64,000 bases of DNA from Flaccisagitta enflata (lineage: Eukaryota). A program made the translations under genes and the position numbers. The stretch spans positions 49,104,001-49,168,000 of the forward strand of contig OZ231126.1 of the NCBI GenBank assembly GCA_965153355.1, in the 5' to 3' direction. The notes beneath the pieces were generated by a model. The model ran no database searches and had not been told where the DNA came from. It worked only from the letters and a program-made list of their open reading frames with translations. Positions 27,234 through 40,749 of the stretch are shown here, piece by piece (the first letter of the stretch is position 1; each line of letters starts with the position of its first letter).

Positions 27234-30163
27234 ATTTTAATCAAATCTTGTATCAATATAGGATTATCCACTTAAACATTCGGGGTGTTAGGGCAAATAA
27301 AGAAAATCTTGAGCACTATCTGAGTGAACACAACCACCCAGAGGTAGTAACCATAAATGAGACTATGTTGAATAAAGATAAAAATATTTTAATCAAAGGT
27401 TACTATTGTGCTGCAAGAAGAGAACCTATTGGTATGAGTGGGAAACACGGCAGTATGATTCTGGTCAAAGAAACTATTAATGATGTGGTTGAACTAGAAT
27501 ATCTCAAATCTCAATTTCATGAAGAAATAATTGGAATTGAGATAAAAGGAAACAAAGATCGATCAGGCCTTAAAATAGTTACTTTGTATAACCCGCCTGG
27601 AAATAAGATCAACCCTGGCATATTTCAAAATTCTTTGTATAGAAATTCAGCTACTATTTTCACGGGTGACCTGAACTGCAAAAACCTTGCTTGGGGATCA
27701 AACTCAACCGATACCCCAGGCTCAGACCTCTTAGATGCCCTTGATGACCAAGATTGGATTGTTTTGAATGATGGGTCCAAAACACGCATTGATCCAAGAA
27801 ATGGAAGAGAGGAAGTATTGGACTTGATAATCGGCAATTCAGCCGCAGTAGATTTGAAACCTGAATTTTTTGTTGGCAATGATGTTGGGTCAGACCATCT
27901 GCCCCTTCATTGCGAACTTACCTTTGGCAACCCTCAACCTGACAATCCAATTTTCTACCGCAATGTCTCTCAAATGGACTGCACTCGATTCAAAGAACAC
28001 ATCAACAATGAGGTTAGCTCTCTCCCTGTAAACTTTGAGACAGCCACTGAACTAGATAGAATAGCTAACGACCTTCCTAATGTAGTAAAAGAGGCCTTTG
28101 AAGCCTCATGCCCATTGAGGGAGAAAAAGATCAAAACCAGGCCGGTATCAAAGGAGATATTGGCATTAATAAAAAGAAAAAGAAAGTTACGTAGAGAGAA
28201 GGGCGCTGCAATGGCAAGGGGCGACCTACTCGCTGCTCAAAACATTCAGAGGGAAAGTAACCTGGTTGGAAACCAGATTAAGAAACAGCAAAAGCTAGAG
28301 CAAAGAGTCAGACATGAGGCAGCCTGCAGTAAACTTGCCAAGGAATCTGATCCCCGCAAGTTTTTCCAATCGGTAAAAAGACTTACCTGTGATGAAGAGG
28401 GGACAACTGTCCGCACAAAAACAATTCAAGATGAGTTAGGGAACATAGCTAGCACAGCTGCAGAAAGAATAGAACTCTTTGCAAATAGATTGGAACGAGT
28501 GCATCAGACTCCAGAATTTGTGGGATTTGATGATGGCTGGAAAAAAAGTGTGGAAAGATATATACAGCAAAATAATATAGCTTTCAACACGAACCCCATC
28601 GCCAAATATCTGGAGCCTGAAGAGGGGGATGACTCTCCACTGGTGACTTAACCTACAGTGGAAGAGGTGGCCGACCATCTAAAAAGGTGTAGGACTAAAT
28701 CAGCTGCTGGCCCCGATGGTGTTGGCTACAACCTCCTGAAGAAGGTTCCTCCCTCTTATCTGGCCTATATAACAAAGTTCTTTGGGGCCTGTATAAAGAT
28801 AGGATACTTTCCTAAGGTCTGGAAGCATGCCAAAACCATAATGGTGCCCAAGCCTGGGAAAGATCTATCCCAGGCAAAAAATTACCGACCTATATCCCTT
28901 CTCTCCTGTTTAGGAAAACTATTTGAGAGACTGCTGGCAGGCAGGTTAAGTAATTTTCTTGAGTCCAAAGGCATATTCAATAAAAATCAAAGTGGTTACA
29001 GAAAAGGAAAAATGAGTTCTGACCACTTGTTGAGACTAGTAGAGGAGAGCCATAAAGGTTTCAGAGCAGGTGAAGTAACCGCTAGCTTGTTTTTAGATGC
29101 AGAGGCAGCCTTTGACAAGTGCTGGCACGATGGTGTCAAATTCAAACTGAAGAACAAACTTGGCTTGCCAGACAGAATGGTCAGAGTACTTAGTTCATTC
29201 CTTACTGACAGAACACTGCAAGTTACTGAAATGGGGCTCTTCTCTAAAGTTGTCAACTTAAGGGCTGGGACACCTCAAGGGAGCTGCCTGTCCCCACTCA
29301 TCTACATCATCTCTGTGAATGACCTACCAACAGGGGAAGACACAGATACAGGCCACTACCAATTTGCCGATGATATCGCTGTCTGTGGCAGTGCCAGGAC
29401 TGAGTTGCTGGCTGTCCGAAAGATCCAGAAGGCAGTAGACGCTATAGAAGGATGGTGCCGAAAGTGGCGTGTGAAGCTTAATGGGGATAAATCAAATTTG
29501 GTCATTCTAAGTAAGAAACGGAAAAAGCCAAATGAAAACCTGGCAATCCTCCTTTTCAATGATGTAGTGAGGCCGGTATCTAAGGCAAAATTTCTTGGTG
29601 TTGAGATAAATCCATCTCTTAACTTCAAGGATCATATTCAAGCTTTATCTCAAAGAGCAGAAAAAAGACTGAATATCCTTAGAATATTGGCATGGGGTGG
29701 GACCGATCCAAAGATCCTCATCCGACTGTACAAAGTCTATATCAGATCAATTTTTGAATATGGGTCTGTCTGTTTTGTTCACTCCCCAGATAGTACACTT
29801 GACATAATGCAGAAAATTCAGAATCGAGCCATCCGTACCTGTCTCCGTTTGCCCAGATATGTCAGTCTGAAAATATTGCATGAAAGCGCCTGTCTGCCCA
29901 TGATAAAAGTGCGACTGCTCCAGCTGAGTTTGAAAATGGTGACCAAGATGAAAGTTGGAAATCCGGTTTTGGGCAAAATGATCAGTGAAAGAGAGGCAGA
30001 AGTGATCCAGCTAGTCTGCTTAAGTACATCAAAGGATCAAAAAGTCATCTATCGGTCCCACCGCAGCCCTCTAGATGTTATCCTGCCTGCACAGCGCCCA
30101 CCATCTCTTTCTCCAACTCTCTCTCAAAATCCTGTGACTATGGAGGTAATCCACTTGGCGTAA
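27230..30163 (+). pseudogene. Non-LTR retrotransposon ORF2 (APE endonuclease plus reverse transcriptase) with one in-frame TAA at 28649-28651
   Basis: APE motifs HLNIRG, INET, YNPP, GDLN, SDHLP; RT motifs AAGPDG, YRPISLLSCLGKLFE, FLDAEAAFD, GTPQGSCLSP, FADD, FLGV. ORFs 27230-28651 and 28658-30163 are in the same frame. No RNase H seen. Confidence 0.92.
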
Positions 30164-30364
30164 GGTTTCAACGACAGTTTTGCCGCTCTCAAAACTTTGA
30201 TATGCTTTCCAAGCTCTACCCCAAATACGATAGTTCCAATGAGGAGTAAAGCTGCAGCCACGCCGAAAATCTGAAACCATCGGTATGTGTTAGGAGCATC
30301 TTGCTGTTGTCATACTGTTTTCCCACTTTCGTGTCTGGCTGTCTCTATACCTTCCTATCCAATC

Positions 30365-30930
30365 TACAGGGTGATTTTTTTCAAGTGGGGGAAAGTAGTA
30401 AGACATCAAATTTTGATTATGAAATTTTAGGATGAATGAAAGTTAGTTTATGGTTGCAAACTACTTGACATTTACTATTCAAGAAAGAAAAAATATTTTT
30501 GACAAATTTTGTTTGTATTTTCATCAAAACCAAAATTTCATTGAAATCAAAGTTTTTCATACTTTTGTTAATGTGAATCAAGCTAAAATTACGTAATCCA
30601 AGTGAAGATCTATTTTTGAATTAAAAAAAAAGTTTAGATATTAAAATTAGTGATAACAATTGACAGATATTCAACATTTTGACCAAAATAATCTATTCTT
30701 ATGCAAAATTTAAAAATTTATTTTCATAAAAAAATGGTCTGAACCATATAGATTGAAAATGGTCAACTATGCTTAACTGAAGTCAAAACTAATCAAAATC
30801 TTTTTTTCTTTCTTGAATGATAGATGTTAAATAATTTGTGACCATAAACTGATTTTGATTTATCTCAAAGTTGTAAAAATAAAATTTGATGTCATAATAC
30901 TTTCCCCCACTTGAAAAAAATCACCCAGTA
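30365..30930. mobile_element. Tc1/mariner-type MITE
   Basis: TA-cagggtgattttttt-caagtgggggaaagta ... tactttcccccacttgaaaaaaatcacccag-TA. Confidence 0.85.
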
Positions 30931-31039
30931 TCAATTCATTCATAACCTTTTCTATCTGATTAGTTGTTCGTCTTCCCCTCTGTTCGTTCATACGTCTGCC
31001 TGTCTCACTCTCTCCAATCTCTCCTTCCTTTCCTGATTC

Positions 31040-31194
<155 letters not shown>

Positions 31195-31240
31195 GCAAGT
31201 TGGTCTGTCTATCTGTATGTCTGTCTGTCTGTGTGTCAGT

Positions 31241-31434
31241 TTTTCGGCGTCCATCAGTGTTGCGACGAGCACACCCAGAGCCAGCAAAACGGGAATGACC
31301 AGAAATGCTTCATAACAATTCATTTTGCCAGATCGGTTTTTAAGCGAGGGGGCATCCGCTTCGAACAGACCCAATGCCGTGATTCCAGTAACCTGAAACA
31401 AATTTCATCGAGACTATCAGGAGATCGGTATCGG
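31241..31434 (+). CDS. Candidate exon, unknown product
   Basis: gtgtcag| after a pyrimidine tract; one open frame FFGVHQCCDEHTQ...KCFITIHF...; GT donors at the end. Not linked by phase to neighbours. Confidence 0.25.
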
Positions 31435-32117
31435 TAATATCAAGCAATTTACATCACTCCCAATTCCCGATCTAGCTTTGGGTATCATTGAGTTAAAAGA
31501 TTGACAGACGGACGGAAGAACAGGTGCATGACAGTTACACGATAAGGAACAAGGCCGGATACACGGCCAATACCAGTCGCGGACGGGTGGGCAGGGGCGG
31601 AAATGCGTGTTTTCCCACTTTTCGACTCGAGCGTGACGGACCGACCGACGGACCAACCAACCAACCGACCGACGGACGGACGGACGGACAAAGCCTCTTA
31701 TATAGTCGCTAGTCCGCGACTAAAAAGACCGCAACTATATGAATACCCTGTCTTCAGAAGCAACTGCAATCAGCAAAAGATATATTGTGTGGAAACTATT
31801 TACATCTCATAATCCGGTTTCGTTCTATCTTATATACCGGCCTGTATATAATTGAGTCCCCCCCCCTCGACTCAATGTAATAGATTGTAAAAGCATATCA
31901 CCTGCGGTAATTTCATGCAAAATTTTAGCACCTATACCACGCGAATAAAAAAAAGACGCAGTTTTAAATGGTTAATTTATCAAATAAATCTTTTAAAAAA
32001 CTTTTAAAAATCGTAGACCATTTCAAAGCCCTTTGAGAGTACTTTCATTTTACACTAATCTGGTATTGCTATCTCTTTTTTGTTTAGAAATGGCAATCGT
32101 ACAAGACTTGAAAAGAA

Positions 32118-32256
32118 ACAAGGCCAAGTAGGCCAATAAGGTGCGACGTGTTGATCGTCGAACGAATGCGTTACAGACCAACCGACCAACCAACCAACCG
32201 ACCAACCAACCGACGGACAGAGCCAGTTATAGAGGTGCTTTGTTCCACCTAAAAAT
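32118..32256. mobile_element. Second Helentron-like subfamily (reverse copy about 63300-63420)
   Basis: acaaggccaagtaggccaataaggtgc ... (ccaa/ccga)n ... gaggtgc...cacctaaaaa. Confidence 0.55.
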
Positions 32257-33405
32257 TTTCAGCGATTTGCGTGTCCAACCGACCGACGGACCGACGGACT
32301 GATAAAGCGGGGTGTAGACTGTAGAGTCGCATGGCACGTGACAAAAAAAAACCGCTGAGGCAGACATAAACATAAGCAACTGGCGTAGTGATAGTACTTT
32401 AAAGAGCAAGAGAATGAAAAAGGTGGTCTCAGATTTAAGACTTACCATTACAACACATGCAATGACGCTGACGATATTTAATTTTGCCATTTTTGAATCT
32501 GACGCCACGATAGATTAGATTGACTTGCCTGAAAGGTATGCTTGAAAAATAGATATATGTATATGCGGGCAAGGGTTACAAATTGTTAGCCACGACCCTA
32601 ATAATCAGTACAATTTTTCATAAAAAAAATCACTTAAAATCGCGATCAAATTACATAAATCTTTTTTCAGAAATAAATTTGAAATCCTAGAAGCTGAGAT
32701 ATGTCGATTCTTTATGTTACAATTGACTTGGGATACCCTGTAGTCGACACTTCGGAATTCATAAAAAGAGCTTGTAAACACGTCACGCATACGCGCGTCC
32801 CAACCCCCGACATCCACGGGGTCTATCTTTTCAAGACGAGATCCATTATCCAATATCAATTCCGAAACGGGATCCATTGTCAATTCATCACGTAATTCAT
32901 TCACTACTTTTCGTGAGACTGCTGATCATCTCTTGATGATCAATTTTTAAATTCATCACACTATTCATTTACTGTATTCATCATCTCATAACTGACCAAA
33001 TGTTACTGTATTCATCATTTAATAACTGGGCATGGGTCCAATGTCCTGCCAAGGATTTTTGGGAGCCATCCTGCCAAGTGTAGACTCTACAATTTTTTGG
33101 GATGAAGGCAGATCTATCCTGACCTTCTCATTTAAGTCATTTGTGCCCTATTCCAAATTCATCGTGTGATTCATTTACAGTTGATCACGTGACAACTGGT
33201 CATCCTTTGATCACGTGATCTTTTCCATTCTATCACGTGACCCACGTCCCATCAAGATTGATTAAACTGGACTTGGCCCATTTTCTCCCTCTCTCCTCTT
33301 TCTGATGGATAAAACGGTCCCAGGAGATATTTGGGGATAAACTCAAACTCACTTTCTTTTTGTTTTCTCCCTCTTGGAGATCTCCCTCTCTCTCTCTCCT
33401 TCTCT

Positions 33406-33479
<74 letters not shown>

Positions 33480-33740
33480 CGGTCGGTCGGTCGGTCGGTC
33501 GGTCGGTCGGTCGGTCGGTCGGTTGGTTGGTCGGTCGGTCGGTCCCCATTTTACTTTTTTTATGTTTTTGCGGTCTTTAGCCTCACTGCACTTGCCTAAG
33601 TTCTTTAGTAACTCAAATACTGCCCCTGCCCACCCGCACGCGACTAAGGTAGCCGTGTATCCGGCCTTGTTCTGACTCCATCCTGAGCTCGCACTCTCTG
33701 TCTCCCTCTATGACTGTGGATCTCTTCCTTACCCTTCTTG

Positions 33741-34169
33741 TACACTTTTTATTTTTTATAAGAACCTAGTTTATAAGAACATCAAGGCTTCAAACTGCGC
33801 CAAAATTAAGAACATCTTAAGAACATATGAAGCCTTTAAATTCTAAAAGAAAAATTTCTGCTAACCATAAAACTTATGAAATATTGATAAAATACTTGAA
33901 ATTAGTAGATTTACAATAAAATTCTGTTATTTTTAACATAAATACAAAAATATATCCTTAAACTTCATAATTTAGTACATTTATTTTAGCAATTATTGAT
34001 AAAAAAACATTTGTTTCTAATGATAATAGTGAATTAAAAGATTTATGAAAATTTGTTTATCTAGAATTAAGAACACTCTAAGAACATTTAAGGCTTAATT
34101 TTGCTTTGAAAATAAGAACATGAAGCCTCTGGAAAAAAAATGACGTTCTTATAAAAAATAAAAAGTGTA
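33741..34169. mobile_element. TA-flanked MITE
   Basis: Perfect 25-bp inverted ends TACACTTTTTATTTTTTATAAGAAC, including the TA. Confidence 0.85.
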
Positions 34170-34174
34170 TCTGC

Positions 34175-34305
<131 letters not shown>

Positions 34306-34323
34306 GTCCGCGCGTGTGCTCGT

Positions 34324-34389
<66 letters not shown>

Positions 34390-34392
34390 TTT

Positions 34393-35902
34393 TAGTCCAG
34401 AATTTAAGAAAAAGAACTCGGCGAATCTGGAAGAAGCTGTGAAAATTTGCATATGGGGTCAGTTTTTTGTGCTGAACAAAATTGGACGGGGTACATGTCT
34501 GATTTTCTAGTGTACCCCGTTAAAAAATGTGTTTTTTTTTCAAAAAAATACTTTAAAGTGACGCTGACGCCAAACTAAAAGACCAATGACTATAAAATTC
34601 TAGGTGATGAAAAATATGCCTTTTTTACACTTGCATGCAAAATTTCTGCAAAATCGGTTCAGTAGAAGCGGAGCTATGGCGGTTTAAAGTCTAGGTCTAT
34701 TTTCAAAAAAAGGGCTATGTTTCAATTTTGGGGTAAAATTTTGGTTTTTTTTAGCTGAAAGTCTGAAACTGTTTTTAGACTTTCATTTCACCCGAATACA
34801 TGCAAAAAACAAAAAACCTGAAAAAATCTGGCGTTTTTTTCATTTTTTGACCTAAAAACCAAAAAAATGAGTCTCAAAATTTTGGTTGGATTTTCAAAAA
34901 AGGCTTTCTCAAGAAAAATATTTTGATCAAGGGCGCCCACTTGAGGAATCTATTGTCATGAAGTGTACCAACCTATTCCCAAACTTTCAGAGGGATATAC
35001 CAACCTAAAAAGATAAAAAATCATTTCAAATTTAAAAAAAAAATCCCAAAATTTTGCATTTTTGGACCCCCTGGGACATTTGAAAAAATTCAATGTTTGA
35101 TAAAGAGGCTGAAATTTGGCACATTTATTCCACTCACATATTGGGAGTTGCATGCAAAATTTTAAGCAAATCGGATGAGGCGTTTGGCCGTAGCATTACC
35201 AAATGTCCCAGGGAGTCTAAAAATGCATAAGTTTGGGTCCTTTTTTTCTTGAACTTTGAAATGATTTTTTGTCTTTTTAGGTTGGCGTACCCCTCTGAAA
35301 GTTTGGGAATAAGTTGGTACACTTCATGACAATAGATTCCTTAAGTGAGCGCCTTTGATTTCAATATTTTCTTTGAACAAACCTTTTTTGAAGATCCAGC
35401 CTAAATTCTGAGACTCAATTTTTTGTATTTTAGGCCAAAAAATAAAATAAAACACCAGATTTTTTCAATTTTTTTGTTTTTCGCATGTATTAGGGTGAAA
35501 TGAAAGTCTTAAAACAGTTTCAAACTCTTTGTCCAAAAAAACAAAATTTTAGCCCAAAATTGATACATAGCTCTTTTCTTGAAAATAGACCTAGACTTTA
35601 AACCTCCATAGCTCCACTTCTACCAAACTGATTTTGCTGAAATTTTTCATGTAAGTAGAAAAAAGGCATATTTTTCTTCACCTAAAATTCTATAGTCATT
35701 GGTCAATTAGTTTGGCGTCAGCGCCACATAAAGTGTTTTTTTGGGGAAAAAAACACATTTTTTAACAGGGTACACTAAAAAATTAAACGTGTACCCCATC
35801 CAGTCTTGTTCAGCACGTAAAACTTACCGTGTATGCAAATTTTCACGCCTTTTTCCAGATTTGCCGAGTTCTTTCTTTTTCTTCCTTTTAGAGACTGGAC
35901 TA
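34393..35902. mobile_element. 1.5-kb foldback non-autonomous DNA transposon, TAG...CTA ends, 3-bp TSD (TTT)
   Basis: TAGTCCAG...CTGGACTA termini; about 700-bp imperfect arms (34393-35081 and 35199-35902); empty site gc-ttt-actca at 61501-61510 (reverse complement). Confidence 0.88.
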
Positions 35903-35993
35903 TTTACTCAAAATTTGGTTCTTGTGTTCTCTCTCTCTCGTCCTTTCTTTTTTGTGTAATCATGTTTTGTTTTTCCTCCACCCAAACCCACCA

Positions 35994-36052
<59 letters not shown>

Positions 36053-36058
36053 CCACAG

Positions 36059-36144
36059 CTTTGGAATGGAAGATTTCCTTCAACACTCCCCGCGACGACG
36101 TTTATTTCGCCGTCACGGGTCTCAAAGCCAGAGTTTTCCGCTAA
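36059..36144 (+). CDS. Candidate terminal exon of an unidentified gene (identical copy at 61249-61334, minus)
   Basis: (TC)n tract plus ttccacag|; LEWKISFNTPRDDVYFAVTGLKARVFR-stop; identical in both duplicate arms. Confidence 0.4.
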
Positions 36145-36858
36145 ACGGCCTAAGGCGGCGCCACCGGTTCACCGCCGGCGATGGGAAAACAAAATCCGAG
36201 GCCAGAAAAAGAAAAAGAAGGAAAAACACGTTGCAGAACGATTTGAGAAGAAAAAAAGGGGGTATCAATTCAACCAAAAGCTACCGACCATCGAGGGACC
36301 ACTGAAGAATGAAAAAAAGAAAACAAACAAGCAAACAAGTAACCGACGGACAGACGAAACAGTGCTATTTATTTAGTCATATAACCGTGCTTCCTCAACT
36401 CAATTCGGAATAATCATTTTATGTAGTTGTAGATTATATATAACTACTAGATTGTCTAACTTACTGCTTGCCTCGTTTGCGTAACAACCATTACAATTTC
36501 ACACATAATTCACGCGTCGCTTGATTTTTTTTTCGGATGTGTAGTAACACGGCCAACTCAATTGGCATTTAACAATTCGTATTTTATAACTTTCATTCGA
36601 TTTTTTTGGTGATCTTATTCAATGAGCTTAAACAATTGTATCATTATGTTCAATCTGTTCATTTGTGAGTCGATTCGCGGAACAAGTCATCATTTCATCA
36701 TGCTGAGAGCGAAAAAAAATAGAAAAGAAATTCCATTCTCAAAACAAGAGGTTCCAGAGGAAATCGTGGTGGGGAACGCGCACACGTTCATGAGGAAAAT
36801 GGGAAGAGAGATTGGGGCAAGAAGGGTAGGGGAAGAGATAAGGAGAGGGACAATCAGA

Positions 36859-37036
<178 letters not shown>

Positions 37037-39587
37037 GAGAGAGAGAGAGAGAGACCGGGAGAGAGAGAGAGAGAGACCGGGAGAGAGACCGGGAGAGAGA
37101 CCGGGAGAGAGAACAAGAGGACCAAATAGATAACAGGCAATAAAACGTTCCTCGGGCAGCAACCATGTTTAATATCGCACAAGTTTTCAGAGAGTAATAA
37201 AATGTGCTACAATATTATATAAATAGTTTAAATTTGACGATAAACAACAAATGGTGGCATGAGCCTTAATTTTAATAATCTTCATTTCAACAAATGCGAC
37301 GCAACAAAAGAACAAGGCCGGATACATGGCTACCCAAGTCGCGTGCGACGGGCAAGGGAAGTGATGAAATAAACCAGCTAGGCAGTTGGGCAGGAGCTTT
37401 AACCCCAAAACCGCCCTTAAACGCCGAAGAAGTGTTACTGACGGATGGACCGACCGTCTGACAGACTGACGGACAAAGCAGGTTGTAGAGTCGCGTGCAC
37501 GCGACTGAAAATATAAATTACCGCCGAAGTCGTTGGACGGCGAAAGATTTGGTTGATTTTGTCCGTATATGCATCAATTCCACGCTAGTACTACGTATGC
37601 GCCGCCCATTACACATACATTTTGTGGGAAATCGAGGGAGGGGGGGTATCAAATCTTGAATTACAAATAATTACACGCACATTCAATTATGATCTGACAT
37701 TTGAATATGGAAACGACCAATTTAAGAAGTCGCTTACGGTTGGGCAGTACAGCGGCAGTGATGTACTAATAACCACCATAATGGCCGATTTTGCGTCATT
37801 CCATAGAGTCGCTTGGCAAGTGCCCATGTCACCATGTACATGTTCGTGTCCGCAGGCAAATCTATCCGTCTAGCACACTGGTACACTTAAACAAACCATC
37901 GGACAAATCCGTTGGATTGGATTGACCTAAACAGATTCTATCTTTTGGAAAAAAAAAAGAACCAGTAAGTTGGGAACAAAGAGCCGTATTCCAGTAAGGC
38001 AAAATTGATGAGCGTCGTATAATTCTCGCCGACTCGTTCCACTGAATCATTTCCGGTTTCCCGCTACTCTGAGCCGGTTTGATGAAAAGTTGGCCCCTAG
38101 GTTTGACAAGAACCGCGAGAACCCCCCAGTCCTTAATCCTCTTCTATAACCACACTTCTTCATATTTCAAACAAAAAATAAAAAATACAAATTTGGTCAA
38201 ATAGATACAGATACATATACATCTATATCATTCACTGACTGACACATGATACTTTTTTTTCTGTTTTTATTTTCTTTTACTATTTTTGAGTAGCAGCCCC
38301 ATAAGAGCCAATGACTCAAAGACTTGAGGCTCAAATTTCCGTCCTTACGCTCAAATCAAATTTCAGCCTCGAGGCTAAAATCTTAGCCTTGAGACCCAAA
38401 TCTCAGCCTCAAAGCTCAAATTCCACCTTTGTGGCTCAAATCATAGCCTCGAAGCTCAAACCCCTACAGTAAGGCTCCATTCCCCACCTTGAGGCTAAAA
38501 TCCCAGCCTTTGGGATCTTAACTCAGTTGAAAGCTTAAATCACAGCCTTGTATAGGTGATTGGCTCTTTAGGGGACGCTACCCCTTTTGGACGCTAGAGC
38601 GACCTGTTACTACTACATCCCTTCATACACCAACTTCAAGGGAAACGGGTACCACCACCTTTTTTTCTACAAAATGGAAAGCTGTACCGCGGGCCCCCGC
38701 CCCCCCCCCCTTACCGCGGGTCCCTGGCCTGGGTCTTTCAAGCCTATTGGGTAAACCGGCTCAGCCATTCAACATCCTAGAAATTATTATGAGAATAATT
38801 ATTCATGAACTCTCATCGACTTTTTCCCCCTCTTCTTCATTCAACGTCAAAAGCAGTTATCACAAATAAAATGTCATAGCTCAAACTCTAGGGGATAGCA
38901 ATGATAATCTAAATCTGAATAAAATTTGCTACCGCGAATGATCTGGCTGGTTACAAAAGGCCGACAACATGGTCCAGTCGTGGACGGGAGGCGGGGTGGA
39001 AAAACGAAACAGAACAACGAATGGACGTACGCGGCCTCTCAAAAGTCATAGAATCGCTTAGCAAGCGACCAAAAACCGCATAACGCCGTCAAGCCTTGAA
39101 AAAAACCCCGTATCTCGGTTATGGCACACACTAGAGTGACTAGACACTAATGGTCGTAATGGAATAAGCCGTTGAAGTCATAGACGGTCGATCAGTAGTT
39201 ATGCTCTGACAAATCAGTCCTCCCAATAGAAAGGATAGTAAAAAACTTAATTTTCAAGAGCAATTTGTAGTTTTTGACATGACAAAAACGATAAATGCGA
39301 AAAACTGTCGTCTTACTTTGAGCAATGATTTAATTTAGACAGAATTCAGTCAGAATGTCGGTGATCTCAAGCAAATCATCTAATGTACGCCATTAGAAAT
39401 GATCAATAAAGTCAGCTCAAATTTATGATGATGAAAAAAATTCAAGCAGTGTATGGTAAGCGCTCCATAGCTTTGAGCCCATTAAACGGAGGAGCAAGAG
39501 GGAAAACAAATGCTGGCAAAAAGGATATAAGAGGTCAAAATCAATTTACATCAAAGGCAGTTAAATGACGGACGAAAACATCAGCTA

Positions 39588-40658
39588 CACAGCCGCCCAG
39601 AGCGTGTCGCTAGTTGACCTAAAATGATCGGCACCAACTTGGATGGTTTCAGGACCCTGATGGTACATATAACACATTTTTGAGATATTCAAAAAAATAG
39701 TACTATTTTGTCACATTTTTTATCATAACAATTTGTGATTGAGTTTTTCACTAATGTTGAGTGCAGATCTGATCTCAAATAGTGGTTTCCGGTTTGTCTG
39801 ACATGTCACACTATATATTTTTGCAAAAGAAATAAAAAGTTAATTCTACCAATTTTATATTGTATTATGTAGTAATATGACCAAAAAACAAGGTCATTAG
39901 ACCTAAGTCGCATGCATCGGCACTTTCAGAAAAATCAGGCAGACAGACAGATGAACAGACTAAAACATTTAAAAAGACCTTTGAACTAGCAACAAAAAAG
40001 CCTTTAAAACAGCTTTGTGACAAATTAATAGACAGACGGACGGATATAGGACAGACGGACTAAAAAGTGGCTTATAGAGGTGTACAAATGACATAAAAAC
40101 ATCTAAAATGTCTTTAATTCGCAGGAACACCCTTTAAACAACTTTGAGACATATAGACAGACGGACCAACAAACTAACTGACCAACCAAAAAGAGGCACA
40201 TAGAGGTTTACAAATGCCTTGAAAACATTCAGAAACATCTAAAATGTCTTTATTTTGTGTAAAAAGCCTTTTAAACAGTTTTGTAACGGACACACTAACC
40301 AACGGAACAACCGACCAACTAATGGACCGACCAAAAAGTGACTTATAGAGTCAGGTAACACGCAACAAAAAACTTTTTATTTCTTTTGCAAAAGCTTATA
40401 GTGTGACATATCAAACATTCTGGGAACTATTATTTGAGATCAAATCTGCACTGAAATTCATTGAAAAAACAAATCACAAAGAGTCATGGTAAAAAATGCA
40501 GTAAAATAGTATTATTTTTTTGAATATCTTAAAGAGCACCCTTTAGAAATATTTCATTTCTTTCAGATATGTGTTTTATGCACCATCAGGTTTATGAAAC
40601 CACTCAAGTTGGTGCCGATTATTTTAGGTCAACTAGTGTCATGCTCTGGGGGGCTATA
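39588..40658. mobile_element. Long-TIR non-autonomous element with a nested repeat (arm-B copy about 56905-58033)
   Basis: About 270-bp imperfect inverted arms beginning cagccgcccagagcgtgtcgctagttgacctaaaat. Confidence 0.7.
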
Positions 40659-40705
40659 ATGAAGCAAATGAACAACAACAAAACGAAATTTAAAAAAAAA
40701 ACAAA

Positions 40706-40749
<44 letters not shown>

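Larger units (their letters stand above)
25200..30360 (+). mobile_element. LINE, Jockey/I-group-like, near full length (ends approximate)
   Basis: ORF1 with 3 CCHC plus ORF2 APE-RT; I could not identify a poly(A) tail or TSD. Confidence 0.85.

Noticed and set aside
32605..32904. ORF MNELRDELTMDPV... (copy at 61995-62213)
   Set aside because: All three differences between the arms are non-synonymous in this frame, the ORF runs into transposon sequence, and I see no motif.
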